From contig OZ038379.1 in the NCBI GenBank assembly GCA_964036045.1, positions 4,836,001-4,900,000 of the forward strand: DNA of 64,000 nt, written 5' to 3'. Position numbers and translations under genes: made by a program. Positions 23,940 to 36,100 of this stretch are shown in pieces (position 1 is the stretch's first letter; each line of letters begins with the position of its first letter). Under the pieces are notes generated by a model. It was given only the letters and a program-made list of their open reading frames with translations, was not told the origin of the DNA and did not search any database. Source of the DNA: Eutreptiella sp. 'Long Island Sound 2002'. Lineage: Eukaryota; Protista; Euglenida.

Positions 23940-25860
23940 AGAATTCTAGCACCTTGCCCCACTGATTTGCCTCCAAATGGTTGGCTGTTTCCGGTCCCTA
24001 AAACCACTGAGAAGGCCTAAATGATTGTACATCTGGTGCAATTAACAAGCAGCATGCACACAAACCGACGTCTTTTTCATTGCCGGCTGTGGAAAATTTT
24101 TCTCTACTTATTCAACTCCACCACTTGCATCAGCATTAGGGTTGTTTCGGCTTGCTGGATGGCGCGGTTTCTTATTTGAACGAGCCTGTTTTGAATGCCT
24201 TGCAAAATCACCTCGAAGAGAGGTTGTTAGATCAAGCGTAGGCGCAGGCGTCGTTGACCCCCCTTTTTTGGGGTCATTCGCGTAGCATACCCCAAGGCAT
24301 GATATTGGATGTCCAACCCCTTGTAAAATAATTATTTTGCCCAATAAGACAATCCCCCAATGGATTTTTTGATTCTGAGGCCTCTATCCCCTAAAACTGG
24401 ATATCACTTTTTTGAGGGGGGTGCGGGGTGGGGGGGGGGGGGTCAAAAGTTTTCCCTCGGAAGGCTCCAAGCAGTGGGGAGGCACATCGCTGTCACATCA
24501 AACCCCGGTCGGATGGTAACGCAGCCGACTGCAAAGTTTTAGGTCGGCGGGTCGAATCCTGGTCGGTCGCCTATCGTTGGCAGCGCCACCCCGCCACGTT
24601 CGCCCGACTGGGATTCGAACCGCCAATAAAAAACACTGCGGTTGGCTGCATTACCATTCAGCCACTGCTTGCCCTGTGGAGATCAGTACTCCCCACTGCT
24701 TGGAGCCGAGTCTGCCACTGACAAAAAACCCAAACTATGTTGTTTCTGTCTGACTGACTGCTGGCCTGGCTAACTGACTGATTGGCTGACTGTCAGCCTC
24801 TCTTCGAGGTGCACTGCCGAAGGCAATAGAATTTGCATGTGGAAGCCCCACTGGGGGAGTGACTGCTAGCGTGCCACGCTGACCTGAAGAATGCCTTTTG
24901 GTCTCTCTGCCTTCCGGAAGATTTTAAACAAGTGTTTCGGGTTCGGGTGGACAGAGTATGTTATCCTTTCAACTGCCTCCCCTTTGGTTGGCAATACTCC
25001 TCGGCTATTTGCCAAGCAGTGCTGGGATACCTTTTGGATGGACTGAACCTGGTTTCGGTTTTGGTGCTCCGGGACTTGGATGACTTCCTTGTGGTGGGCT
25101 ATGGGGCCCTGAACGTACGAAGTGCGGCCTCTTAGCTTTGCTCACTTTTGGCCTCAAAAGCATTTTAGAGCCGGTTCCCTCTTTGGCTTGGCTGGGTAAA
25201 CAATTGGTTCTTTCTAGCTCTGGCCTGGGAATTTTTGTGGTTCAAGGACAATGGGATGTACGGGTATGTGGCTTCGAGTCGCGCTGACGCCTTTGACCCC
25301 GAAGGGTGCCCGCCGTGTGCTAGGCCGTTTTTCTTGGGCATTGTGTCCGCAGTCGGGAGCTTGCCCTTTCCTGGCAAGCTGGTGGTGTCATGTGATGTGG
25401 GGTTCGACGTATATTTCAGCATGCCCTTTGAAACTTGTTATCAGTGTGTTGCATCATTTGGTCATGGCCCGCAGGGGCTGGCAGCCGGTGCTTTTACGGT
25501 CCCTACCTCAGGTAGGCAGAGGTTTGATTTTTGTGAAGGTTGGCCTGTGGGGTCCAGCTTTTGGGGGTAGGGGTTTTCACCGTGCTGTCAATGTGTGTAC
25601 ACGGCACGAGGTTGAGCTAGAGTGTCTGGTGAAGGGTTTGTGATTTATTGTGCAAGTCGGCTAGTCGGTCTTTAGAATGGCAGGGGACAATGTGGCTTCT
25701 GTGGATCAAATGGCGGGTCTTCAAGCCAAAACACGCCTATCCCGTCACAACCATCGCCTCTGTAGGACGTTTTACCTCTTGCAGAGGGCGCCAGCTTCTG
25801 TTTTCCTTTAATGGAGGCCTGGGGACTTGAACCCAGCTGATTCTTTTTCATGCATCAATG
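23940..25860 (+). mobile_element. Degenerate DIRS/Ngaro- or Gypsy-type retrotransposon RT plus RNase H, split by an insertion
   Basis: FPVPKTTEKA*MIV (about 23990); DLKNAFW...Y.FNCLPFGW...RDLDDFL (about 24875-25090); ELECLVKGL, GDNVAS, WRPGDLNPADSFS (about 25610-25850). Stops and frameshifts throughout. Confidence 0.85.
24205..24850 (+). mobile_element. Dispersed element of about 600 bp with paired tRNA-like modules; homolog at 34628-35250
   Basis: Shared aaatcacctcgaagagaggttgttagatcaagcg...gtcaaaagttt head and ccactg..aaaaaacccaaact...ctgactgattggctgactgtca tail; the head is related to 6925-7100. Confidence 0.8.
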
Positions 25861-27559
25861 CTGTTTTCGGGGGGACTTTGCTGTGGCCAATGAGGCTACA
25901 TGGGACCATTTTAAAGTCCTGCAAGTGTTCCCAGCACTGCCGTGCCCTGTGTGGGTTATGGGCTTTCCCAAAGGTTGGGCGGCGGCGTCCCGGGCGCTTG
26001 ATTCGATAGCTGTTGGGGTAGCTGCATGATATGTGCCGTGGTGCGTTGTTAGGAACAAACAAAGGGGGACCGTTAGTTGCTAGAAGCCCCTGTCACGAAG
26101 ATTATCCTGCAGATGCACACAGCGGCGCGCACGTGTCAGTGCTGGAGTCGGCAAACCCAGCATGGACTCGGAGTGTGCATCTGGATGCACCTGGTCAATG
26201 GCACGGGCGACAGCCCGTCTCTGGGACAGCCAACTATGGAGTAGTCAAACAGGACAAGTCATCCAGGGGCTCCATTGACACAACCAAAACACGTTTGGGC
26301 CCACAGAGGGTCGGAATGTGCAAGGGTGAGAGGTCAATAGGCGCCGCCAAAGGCAAACAAACCAACACCATGGCCTCGTGCCACCCCCCCCCCCCCCCGG
26401 ATGGTGCCATATGAAGGATGCCATCCTTGGGGGCGGTGCATGCTGCCCATGCCTGCTCACATTTGAAGCGATGAAGTGGGGCATTCTTCAATTCTGGGGA
26501 GAAGAAAGCCTGTTGGTCGTTGCCAGGCATGTGTCCCATTGGGTGCAGGTGTCGAGGCCGCAGACTGCGCCCGCAACAGGGTCCAGTGAGGGCAGCTGGG
26601 AGATGCGGGATGGGACTTTCTACCGCAGCGCACCGTCGTTCTCCACGTTGCAGGAGGTGTGTCTCATTTTTCACGGCCCGCCCCCCTGGGCGTGCAGCAT
26701 TTGCCATCCGTAACCCCGGATGTCTGAGCCGCGCTCCCCTCCCCCTCCCTCACCTGCCCTCTGCTGCACCGAGTGTGAGGCCTGGGGGTGTCCGGACTTT
26801 CAATTGCAGGGCAGAGGCCAGGGCCCTGGAAGGAAAGCAATGCAGGACGACCCCGGCAGCACGAGCCACAGCCCCGGCAGACCAAGTACTGGGCCCCACG
26901 CACGCACACACGAAGCAACACGCACCGTCCCCAGATGCGAGAGCACTCTGCGAAGGGTAGAACGGGCGTCTGTCCAGGGCTCTGTCAGGAGACCAAAGAA
27001 GGACGAAATGAATACCTGTACCCACAGGGCAAGAAAAGTGTCCAGCTTATCAGCCCTGCCCCCCCCCCTCCCCCTTCACACCGACCATTGCTGGTCCACC
27101 ACTGCGGCTCTCCCTTCTTCACACTCCGTTGAAACAGCCAATGCGCCTCCCGCGCTGCCCACATTAGACCCAGAGGGTCCATAAGAGTATAATGGGTGAA
27201 TGAATTCTGGCTTGACCAAGGCCCGCATGGTCAAGCTACCCACCCCCCGGTCATCCGCATTATCCACCAACCCCAGAAGGCGGTCTGTCTCCCAGCCAGA
27301 ATGTAGCTTTGACTGAACGCCGTTCCAGTGAGTAATGAGCCAATATGAGAGCGGCCGATACCTGTCCACCCGTTCTTTCCGACCCTTGTCCTTAAGGGCT
27401 GATGCCCACGTGACCAGTCGCACTGGGGGGGCGATGGACCCCCGCCCTCCCAAAAAAAGGGCTCCATTGACCAGACCCCCCAAAGTCCCTCAGGAAAGGT
27501 CATAGGGCCCGCGGTCCAGCGCAACTCTGGGGAGGGGGGCCCTTTGAGCTTGTCTTCCA

Positions 27560-28230
27560 GAACAACCCCCCCACACACCAATACCACCAACATTGGCCGA
27601 TCGCAATGTCGGTATCATGTTGTCACGTTGGACCAGGCAGCAATCTGGTTGAACACGAGCGAGTCAGTGAATTGCATCATGGCCTCCCTCGAATTAGGTC
27701 CCAAGGGCCGGGCCCACCAAAAGCATCGCAGGACGTCTGAAATTGCTCAAAGAACTGATTCGACACAACCTGTAGGCAATCTGGTTCACCCCCGGTTTCC
27801 GCCGAAAACAATCTCTTCTGAACGAATGCCAATGGGAAACAAGAAGGTCTGGCCCTTCGAGCCTGTGTTCCAGACCGCCCACCCCTCTATTTCAAACTGG
27901 CTCGCCGGGCCCCCCCTTCCCGAAGTTGCAATGGAATGCGGGCCCAGGTGATTCGGATGCCATATTTCAAACGTGGAAATGGTACTTTTCTAAGCAGCGC
28001 GATGAGGGGTTCTAGGGCGTGGTGCCACCACGGTGCGTGTGCAGGGGATAGACTGGGTGGCATCAGCGGACCTGGCCCTCCTGTCTTGTCCTGGGCACAT
28101 GCTGAGAGCATAGGAATATCATGTACATAGTATCCTCTGGGTCCAGAAACAGTGGAGATCACACCAGGACACATGGGGCGGCGGACTGCAAATTGGTCGC
28201 TTTTTTTTGCCTCTGATTGCCTGTCTGTAC
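27560..28230 (-). mobile_element. Second degenerate DIRS-like RT/RNase H remnant
   Basis: GYYVHDIPML (decayed YxDD) at about 28135-28105; LVQRDNMIPTLRSANVGG resembles the DIRS RNase H v..DN..v....GG motif. Confidence 0.5.
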
Positions 28231-29316
28231 TTTACTGCCACTTGTATATGGACTTGCATCAACAATAGCAAGGAGCCCAAAGCCGCCGGTTGACGACTGC
28301 TCTGCTCCATTTCGTCACAGATTGCTTCAACGAAGCGGACGTCTCCGGTCAGAGACAGCCAGGCATGGGAGTATCGGGATGGCAAATATTACCGACGGAA
28401 CGCCCCTTTGGAAGCCTCGCCGCCGGGGCAAAAGAAGCAGGTGCGCCTTCTTTGTTGCTGTCGTGACTGCACGCCGCAGGTTTGCCGGGGAACCCCCAAA
28501 CCGTGGCTTGGCTGAGTTGATGTACTGGCACTGGCACAGGCACTGGCGCCTGGGTTATCGCCGCGCCAATGGGATGTCACTGGGTTCCCCTCTCCGCTTC
28601 AAATTCGATTGGGGCCAAGTAGTTTGGCGCCGTCACCCCAACCACCTCGCCCTGTTGCAGACCCCACAGGTGGTGGTGTACATGCTGATGGTCGCCAACG
28701 TTGTGACGTGACGTCCAAACAGTGCTGTGCTGTGGGCAGTGCTGGTGTTTTCAACACGTTTTGTGCTCAAAAGAGGTTCCACATGGGTTTGTCGCAAAAC
28801 AAAGCAAAGTTGTGGGAAAAAATTCGCCAGTGCAACAAGCAGCAGACCCCAGTCCACACACATGCACACACGCACTCCCTCCCACACATATACCGCCACA
28901 AACACTACAAGCACTCACATACAACAGGCGCACACCCACACACCCACATGCACCCACATACGCACAAACACACGCGCGGCCTTTACACGATGAGAACCAC
29001 AAACAAAGAGAGAAGGCACAGAGGCAGCAAGACGGTGGACAAGAAGGTTCTCTATGGGGCAAGGGGTGTGGGAGATGGTGTTGTTTGAGTTCTGTTGTTG
29101 CTCCTATTGTTGTTGTTGTTGTCTATGTCGCTTAACCGGTCCGCTTTGTGTGACACGCGTGTAGAAACATAATGTTCTGCTGTGTTGCCCTGAATTCAAC
29201 CCAGCATTCACATCCCATCCCTGCTGCCTCAGAAACTATCCGTGACAATCGCAGCCACAGGCGCGGTCCCTCCCCTGCAGCTGGAGCACAAGATGAATGC
29301 GCCCCTCGTGCACACA

Positions 29317-29347
<31 letters not shown>

Positions 29348-29361
29348 GCATGTGAAGGATA

Positions 29362-29721
29362 CCGGGGGGGGGGGGGAATTCCGCGGGGGGAATTTTCCGC
29401 GGGGAAAACTGCAAAACTGGTTGTTCAGTGGTGTATCAAACCTGTGGGGCGGCCAGCAAAGTTGACACCGGTTGAGGATGCCGCCCTGGAACATGTAGTA
29501 CATGTCCCATATTCAGACATATGCAGAATCATTGCTGGTTGCTTTGTTGTATTGTGTGTCTTTTGGGGATCGCAATCCCAGGATCCCCTTTGTTTGCAAT
29601 GCACTCAAGATTTGGGAGGTGCGGAATTTTCCCCTTGATTTTTTGGGACAGGTGCGGAATATTCCCCGTGCGGAATTTTCCCCTGCGGAAAAAACCCCGT
29701 ACAGAATTTCCCCCCTCCCGG
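29362..29721. mobile_element. TA-flanked MITE with CCGG(G)n termini
   Basis: ta|ccggggggg...gaatt and aatttccccctcccgg|ta; internal gcggaatttt-type subrepeats. Confidence 0.7.
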
Positions 29722-31063
29722 TATGTGCATGCGACAACAAGGCCAGTTCTCTGGAGATTCCGTTCACATCTGTTCTGTGTAGTTGTTGTTGTGCCAGCTG
29801 GACATGCCTCCCATGAGTTGAAAGTGGTGCTTGTCTCCACCTGAGTTTCACCTCCCTCCATTTTTGTTTTTACATCCCTGCAACTGGCTCGCTGGTGTAT
29901 ACCGGCTCCGAGGGTTTTGTTATGTGTGCACACTGCCTGCCATGCTGATGCTGCTGCGCATGACATGGCAAGGTTCTCTCAGGGTGATGGAGCAGAGCAG
30001 GAGCCATGTTCAACTCTTTGGTGTGGAGCGTGCATGCGGCCTCCCACCCCTTGAGTCAAGGCATGGGAGAGGGTGCCGGACACCAAAAGGCATTGTGCCA
30101 CAGTTGCGTGCCTCAGAGGAAACCGGTTTCTTGAAGCTCTTGTAGGCGGAACGTTTGGTGGACTCACTATGTTCAATACAGCAACCCCCGAAGAGCTACT
30201 GGATTGCACCCATTCAAAGGCACATAACTTCAAAATGGACTGGGAAAGAGGGACGATGCAAATTGATGTGGAACTGCCGTATTATGTGTGTGTGTGGGGG
30301 GGGGGGGGGGGGCACGCCTGTGGGTCACAGTGGAACGTCTGTCTCACTGCTCATGATTGCAGCGTGCTGCCCCTGTGGCGTTCACTCGCCTGCGCTGACA
30401 GGCGTCACTTTCGGTTGTTTCCAGATCTTAAACTTGCAGCTTCTAACTGCAGAACACTGCATTGCCTGGCAAGAGCTAACCCCCCGCCCCGCCCCCCCCC
30501 ATATCTCCAAACCACCCCCCCATTAACCCCCACTCCTCCAGGGCGCCAGAACTTCCACATCATAAAACCCTTTGCCTCGGAACTGAACACACCAAACATG
30601 CACTGCACCAGATTGGGACTGCTTTACCAGGTCACACACTTCCTTGAAAATCAACTCCCCTGGCAAGAGGAAGGGCTGGAGGTGGAGCTGGCAGAAGCTC
30701 TTCGCTGGAAAAAAGCTCCAATGGTGGCCGACCGCAGGGAATCCTCTCCGGAGTTCCCTCTGAAGCGGGGTGCCGTTGAGGGCAGGAGGGCGTGGGTCAC
30801 CCCTCGTTCGCTCTGACTGGCCCAGGCGCTGCACAACAGTACAAAAATAAGTTAGGCCGGTGCCCCGCATTTCCCATCCGCACGTCGCCGTCCACTCCCC
30901 CGTGCCCATCCGTTGTGCCTTGTTGAGGGGCCTCCTGCCACGGGACGTGCCTGCGCTGGGCCGCGGGGGGCGGGCCCCACTCCACACGTGCCCGAGGGGC
31001 AGGCGTGTCGGGGGCTGCTGCCCACGGGACCGCCGCTGGTGGGGCATTGATGCTGCTCCGCAG

Positions 31064-31115
31064 GTCGTGGGCCTGGAGGAGCACTGGAAGCAACCGTGGG
31101 GCCTATGCCCCGACG
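31064..31115 (+). CDS. Giant gene, first visible exon ([17 protein letters not shown])
   Basis: Acceptor ctccgcag; phase-1 donor gttgtc at 31116, though other phase-1 donors slightly downstream are possible. No start codon found. Confidence 0.5.
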
Positions 31116-33133
31116 GTTGTCCCGGGACAACCGCCTCGAAAGGGGCCCGTGGTGCACGTGCGGCGCCCCCCCTGTGTTGGCACCGGTCATCGATCAACTG
31201 CCTCGGTGTTCTCCGTGTTGCTGTTTGGTAGCGGGAGGCTCAGTGGGTTTGGTGTCCCTGTCTTCATGTGAGTGATCCGTTGTTTTCCAAGGTGACGCCC
31301 CAATACCTCCACTTTCATCGATTTGCTTGTAAGGCCCTCCTCAAGGGGGGGGGGGGGCATTGAGTTTCGCAATTTTCAGGCAATTTTCCCGCAACTTTTC
31401 GCGATTGGGTTTGACACTCCCCGACCGCGATCGCCCCCCCCCCCCCGCGCGCGCGCCCTCTTTGCCCTTCGTGTCCCCTTGACCTCCCTCAAGTCACTTT
31501 GGTGTCCATCTTCGTCGTGTCCCATTGCAGATTCGGTGGACTACATACCGCTCGCCCGCGCCTCGCCATCGAAGGAGCCCCCCGCCCCGCCCGACGCGGC
31601 GCCGGACCCCCCGGCGCCCGAAAAGCCGATCTGGTTCTTTGCCGAGGCGTTGGCGTTCGGCCCGTCCCCGGGGGCCTGCACCTTCGGGCTGTGCCCCAAC
31701 GTTTGGGTGGACCTCACGTGGGAGCGGACAGCCTCTGGGTCCTGGGAGTATTGGATCACCAGCCCTGAGGAGGTGGCCATAAAGGCCAATCTAGACCCGC
31801 AGGTCATCCTCCACATCCTCATTCTCCCACGGCTATCCTTAGGACCACCAACCGCCAACTGCCAACCGCCACCAACCGCCAACCGCCAACCACCAAGCGC
31901 CGCCAACCGCCGACCATTGTTCACTCCGGTTTCCGTGGTTTTGTGTCTTGCCCATGTCTTGACTATGAAGCAGAGAGCGTCCCCGTGAACGTTCGTTTCT
32001 GTTGGTGTTACGAAGCCTTCCCCCCCCCCCCCTTCCCCCCCCTTAAGGACAGCCCTGCCTTCTTCACTGCCCACCCACCGCCTCAGGCCTCCGTGCCGCC
32101 CTCCGCCCCTCTGCCCATCAGCCCCTGCCCCCTCCAAGGCACACCCCCTACCCCCCACCCGTCCGCAGGTGCTCGAGCGCGTCTCCATCTTCAGCCCCCG
32201 GTCGCGGGTCACATGCCCCTGGGCGCAGCGCGCGGAGCTCCACATCCCACTGGACGCCCACACGTTCGTGTGGGCCCACCCGATCATGGAGACCCCCGCC
32301 ACGTCCTCGTTCTTGGCCGCGGAGAACGACCTCATCTGCTTCCTCGCCTACGGGGGCTATGTGTACTTCAGTAAGACTGGCGAGGTGTGCCCTGGGGCGC
32401 CCGGGGCAGTCGAGCGCCGCGGTCCTTTTTTTTTTTTTTTTTGGCTCTGGCCTTGTCAGGGCGCGCGAACCACCACCGAGGCGCGCAAACTGTCACCAGG
32501 GCGGGCAAACCGCCCCCGGGGCGCGCGAACCGCCACTGGGGCGCTAGAACTGCCACCGGGGCGCGCCAACCGCCCCCGGGGCGCGCGAACCGCCACTGGG
32601 GCGCTAGAACTGCCACCGGGGCGCGCCAACCGCCACGTGGGCGCGCGAACCGCCACGTGGGCAGTAAGCCCAGGAGGCGCTCACCTCCTGGTTGAGTTTC
32701 GTGATGATTGGTCAAATGGGGTTAAAGTTAGGAAAAACAATTGTTGTTGTTCGCCTCCCTTCCCTGCATACACATGATGCATTAAAGGGCTGTAGGCCAC
32801 GCGCTGTGCACAGGGTATAACCCTTGTTTAGGTACCCAGGGCTCCGCCCTACGTTCTATAAGAGAACGGGCGGAGTCCTTGGCCGTCCGGGAGGATCCAT
32901 CCCCCCCCCCCCCCCCTTAGGGACAGGGAATGGATGGCGCCCTGTTGGGGGGTAACCGACGGCGGTTGGGGGGTGATCGTGAGCATTCCCTTTTGTCAAT
33001 GTGACGGAGGGACCCCCACCCCACCCCCACACACGAACTGATGGTTCTGCAGCGCAGTGGGATGGTGGGAATGTTGAACCTCGCAGTTGGGGCATGATTG
33101 AAATGGATGCCTTGGCACACGCACACGCGCACA

Positions 33134-33166
<33 letters not shown>

Positions 33167-36100
33167 GCGCGCGCACGCACGCACACGCGCGCGCACGGAC
33201 GGACGGCCTTGGTATTTGTGGGAGGCCACCACCAATGGAATTGCCGTCCGCACCTCCGGCGCCAATGGTCATGTCAGGCCCAAACCCGGCCAAGCCCCGG
33301 TGACCTTTGGTAACTCGGTGTGGCGGAGGACAGAATTGGGGAGGGGGGGGGATCAGCGTCCCTGGAACCAGAAGCCCCTTCAAATACCGTTGCCAAAAAG
33401 CGTTTGCCACCGGGGCAGCCGCGGAGGGAGGGAGGGAGGGAGGGGTCAATGGTGGAGGTGTTCAAAAATGAAGAGTTGGAGGCCTGCTCTGAGGCCGCAG
33501 GGCCCCCTTCTCTCCCGCCCTCCACAACCCTCACGGGGCGTGCAGGTCGTCAAGATCAACGGCGTCAAAATGGGGGCCGACCTCTCGTTCACGGGCCCGT
33601 TCGCGGTCGCCGGCGATGCGAAGCGCTGGGGGGCCTACGAGCGCATCCAGCAGGCGGACCGGCTGAAGGTGGTCACCCTCACGGCCCTGAAGCCGCACAT
33701 CCAGAAGTTCGGGTGGGTGCTGCCCGGCGAGTTCGAGGACTGCCCGCTGGGCGCGTTCGTGTACGAGTACAAGGACCAGAAGGACAGTCGCTACGTCAAA
33801 ATGGAGGTATGGGTTCGGAGCCCGAGTGCCCTCGGGCCACCGCAAACGCCCTGGGCAACCTGAATATTGTTCTGCGGGGGGGGGGGGGGGGGGGGGGGTG
33901 ACACGGACGCCCGCCGAAGGAGGGGGGGGGGGGGTTGGAGAAATGGGGTTCCGTGTCGGGCCCTTTGTTTTGTGTAAGAACGGATGTTGGCGCCAAAGGC
34001 ACAGGAACACAAAATTTGGCCCGAAAAAGTTTTTTCCACCAATAATCCCCCCCCCCCCACATTTGAGTAGTCAAAATGATCAGCGCGACGTGGGTATCAT
34101 TTTGAGCCATAGATGTTGGGTCGACCCCCCCCCCCCCCCCCCCCGCACGGCAGGTCGGGCACCCCCGCCCTGAACCCCCCCTCCCGTCATGGCGGCCAAG
34201 GAGGGGGGAGGGGGGGTTGGGAAAATGGGCTTCCGTGTCCCCCCCCCCCCCATAGAGCAATTTTCTTCCGCCCTGGGGGAAGGGGAAGAGCCCCCCCCCT
34301 CCCCCCCCTCGTCCGAAATCCGTGCAGGTTGGCCTTCAGCTACAGACAAGGACAGGGCACGGCCCGCATGGGGGCAAACACACGGGTTTGGACACTGACT
34401 GTAGATCGAGACCCGTGTGCTTCAGACTGGACTGATTTGGTGAGGGGCCCCGGTACTGTTTTGAGGTCGCATCGTGTGGTGCCTGTGGGACTGGGGTCAG
34501 GTACTTTGGCTCCGATGGGGGCCCCTTGTGCCGAACCCCCTGCGACGCCCGCTCCACCAGCCGGAGTCTCTGCGCTGTCTTGGACGACAGCGGCTGATTC
34601 CGCTGGGGCCTCCATTGCCGCGAAAATGGAAATCACCTCGAAGAGAGGTTGTTAGATCAAGCGCAGGCGCGGGCGTCATATACCCCCTTTTTTGGGGTCA
34701 TTCGCGTAGCATACCCCAAGGCATGATATTGGATATCCAACCCCTTGTAAAATCATTATTTTGCCCAATAAGAGCATCCCCCAATGGATTTTTTGATTTT
34801 GAGAGCCTCTACCCCCTTAAACTGGATATCAACTTTTTTGAGGGGGGGGTGGGGGGGTGGGGGGGGGGGGGTGGGGGGGGGGGGGGGTCAAAAGTTTTTG
34901 CTTAACAGGCAAAAAGCGGTGGGGACGCACGGAAATGATAACAGGGCCAGCGGTCCAATTGTAACGCAGCCGACAACAGATGTGCAGGTGTCGGTTCGAA
35001 GCCTGATCTGCCGGCTTTGGGCGCCGCCGCCGGGGGCGGCGCTGAAGTTGGTGGATGGGGTTCGAACCCGCGATCACATGGTTGCCGGTCGGCTGCGTAA
35101 CCACTTGGCCACCACTTAGATTGCGGCGAAGGGCCTCCCTGCTGCTTGGGTCCGCATCTGCCACTGCAAAAAAAACCCAAACTGTGTGTATCTGTCTGAC
35201 TGCCTGCTTGCTGGCTCAGGGACTGATTGGCTGACTGTCAACCTCTCTTCTCTTTTCAAAAGGGAAATTCCCGCATTCCGGCAGGACAGCTCTGCCGGTG
35301 TTCTGGGCATGCGTCCGATGTCCGAGGGCCACGCGCCGACTCGCCACCATCCGGTGTCAGACCCCCACCGGGGTCGAACCTGCGACCTCCTGGGCAGGCT
35401 CCTGGGGCGGTGTTCGGCACTCGGCTTTGCCCGCGGTGCCCGTCCGGTAGTCGTGCCTCTGCCCAGGGGTCCGGGGCCGAGTTTGAGTGCGTCCGGGGGC
35501 CGCTCCTCCGGTCTTGCAAGGGAGAGCGCCGCACGCCTCAGCAGCGCGCACCGTGTCGGTGCCGCCCCCCCCTGCCCACAGGCCCCTCAGACGTGGTGGG
35601 CCGCCCACCGACGGAAGAGAGCGGTGACGATTGTCTGAATGGTTCTGCGTAGCCTGCGCAAGCCCGGGCGCACTGCCACGACCGCCACCACACGCCCCTC
35701 ATCGAGCGAGAGCCCCAGAAAAGTTCTACAGGGCGTTTGGGGACAGCGCGTGGGAGACCCCCTGCGAGAAGTGCGCCCGTGTGGGGACAACAGCGGGTGT
35801 TGTTGTCGCAGGAACTATGGACCTGTGGAATTTGGCGGTTCCGTTGCTTCGTTGTCCTTGACGACCAAGTTTTTTTCTGTGGTCTGACGCTGGGGGATGG
35901 CCTTTTTGGGGATGCCGCGCCGGGCCCACGCTACAGTCCTGAGCTGGAGCGCATGCGGGTCGTTATTCGGCCACCATCTCCGCCGCCAGGGCCCCCCCTC
36001 GCCCCGGCCTCCGCCTCGTCCGGTGCGCGCGCAAACAACGCCGTCAATATCATGTGCGTTCACCGTGCTCTCGCGAGGCGGGGGGGGGTGGGCTCAGAGC

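Noticed and set aside
30523-30760. LINE ORF1-like fragment on the minus strand (ELIFKEVCDLVKQ...VQFRGKGFYDVEV)
   Set aside because: Too short, and the opposite strand is equally protein-like; no supporting zinc knuckle or ORF2 nearby.
9624-31063. Fusion of the PRPS gene to the giant gene
   Set aside because: The last PRPS exon has an in-frame stop and only phase 1 or 2 cryptic donors; no credible bridging exon to the phase-0 acceptor at 31064 was found.
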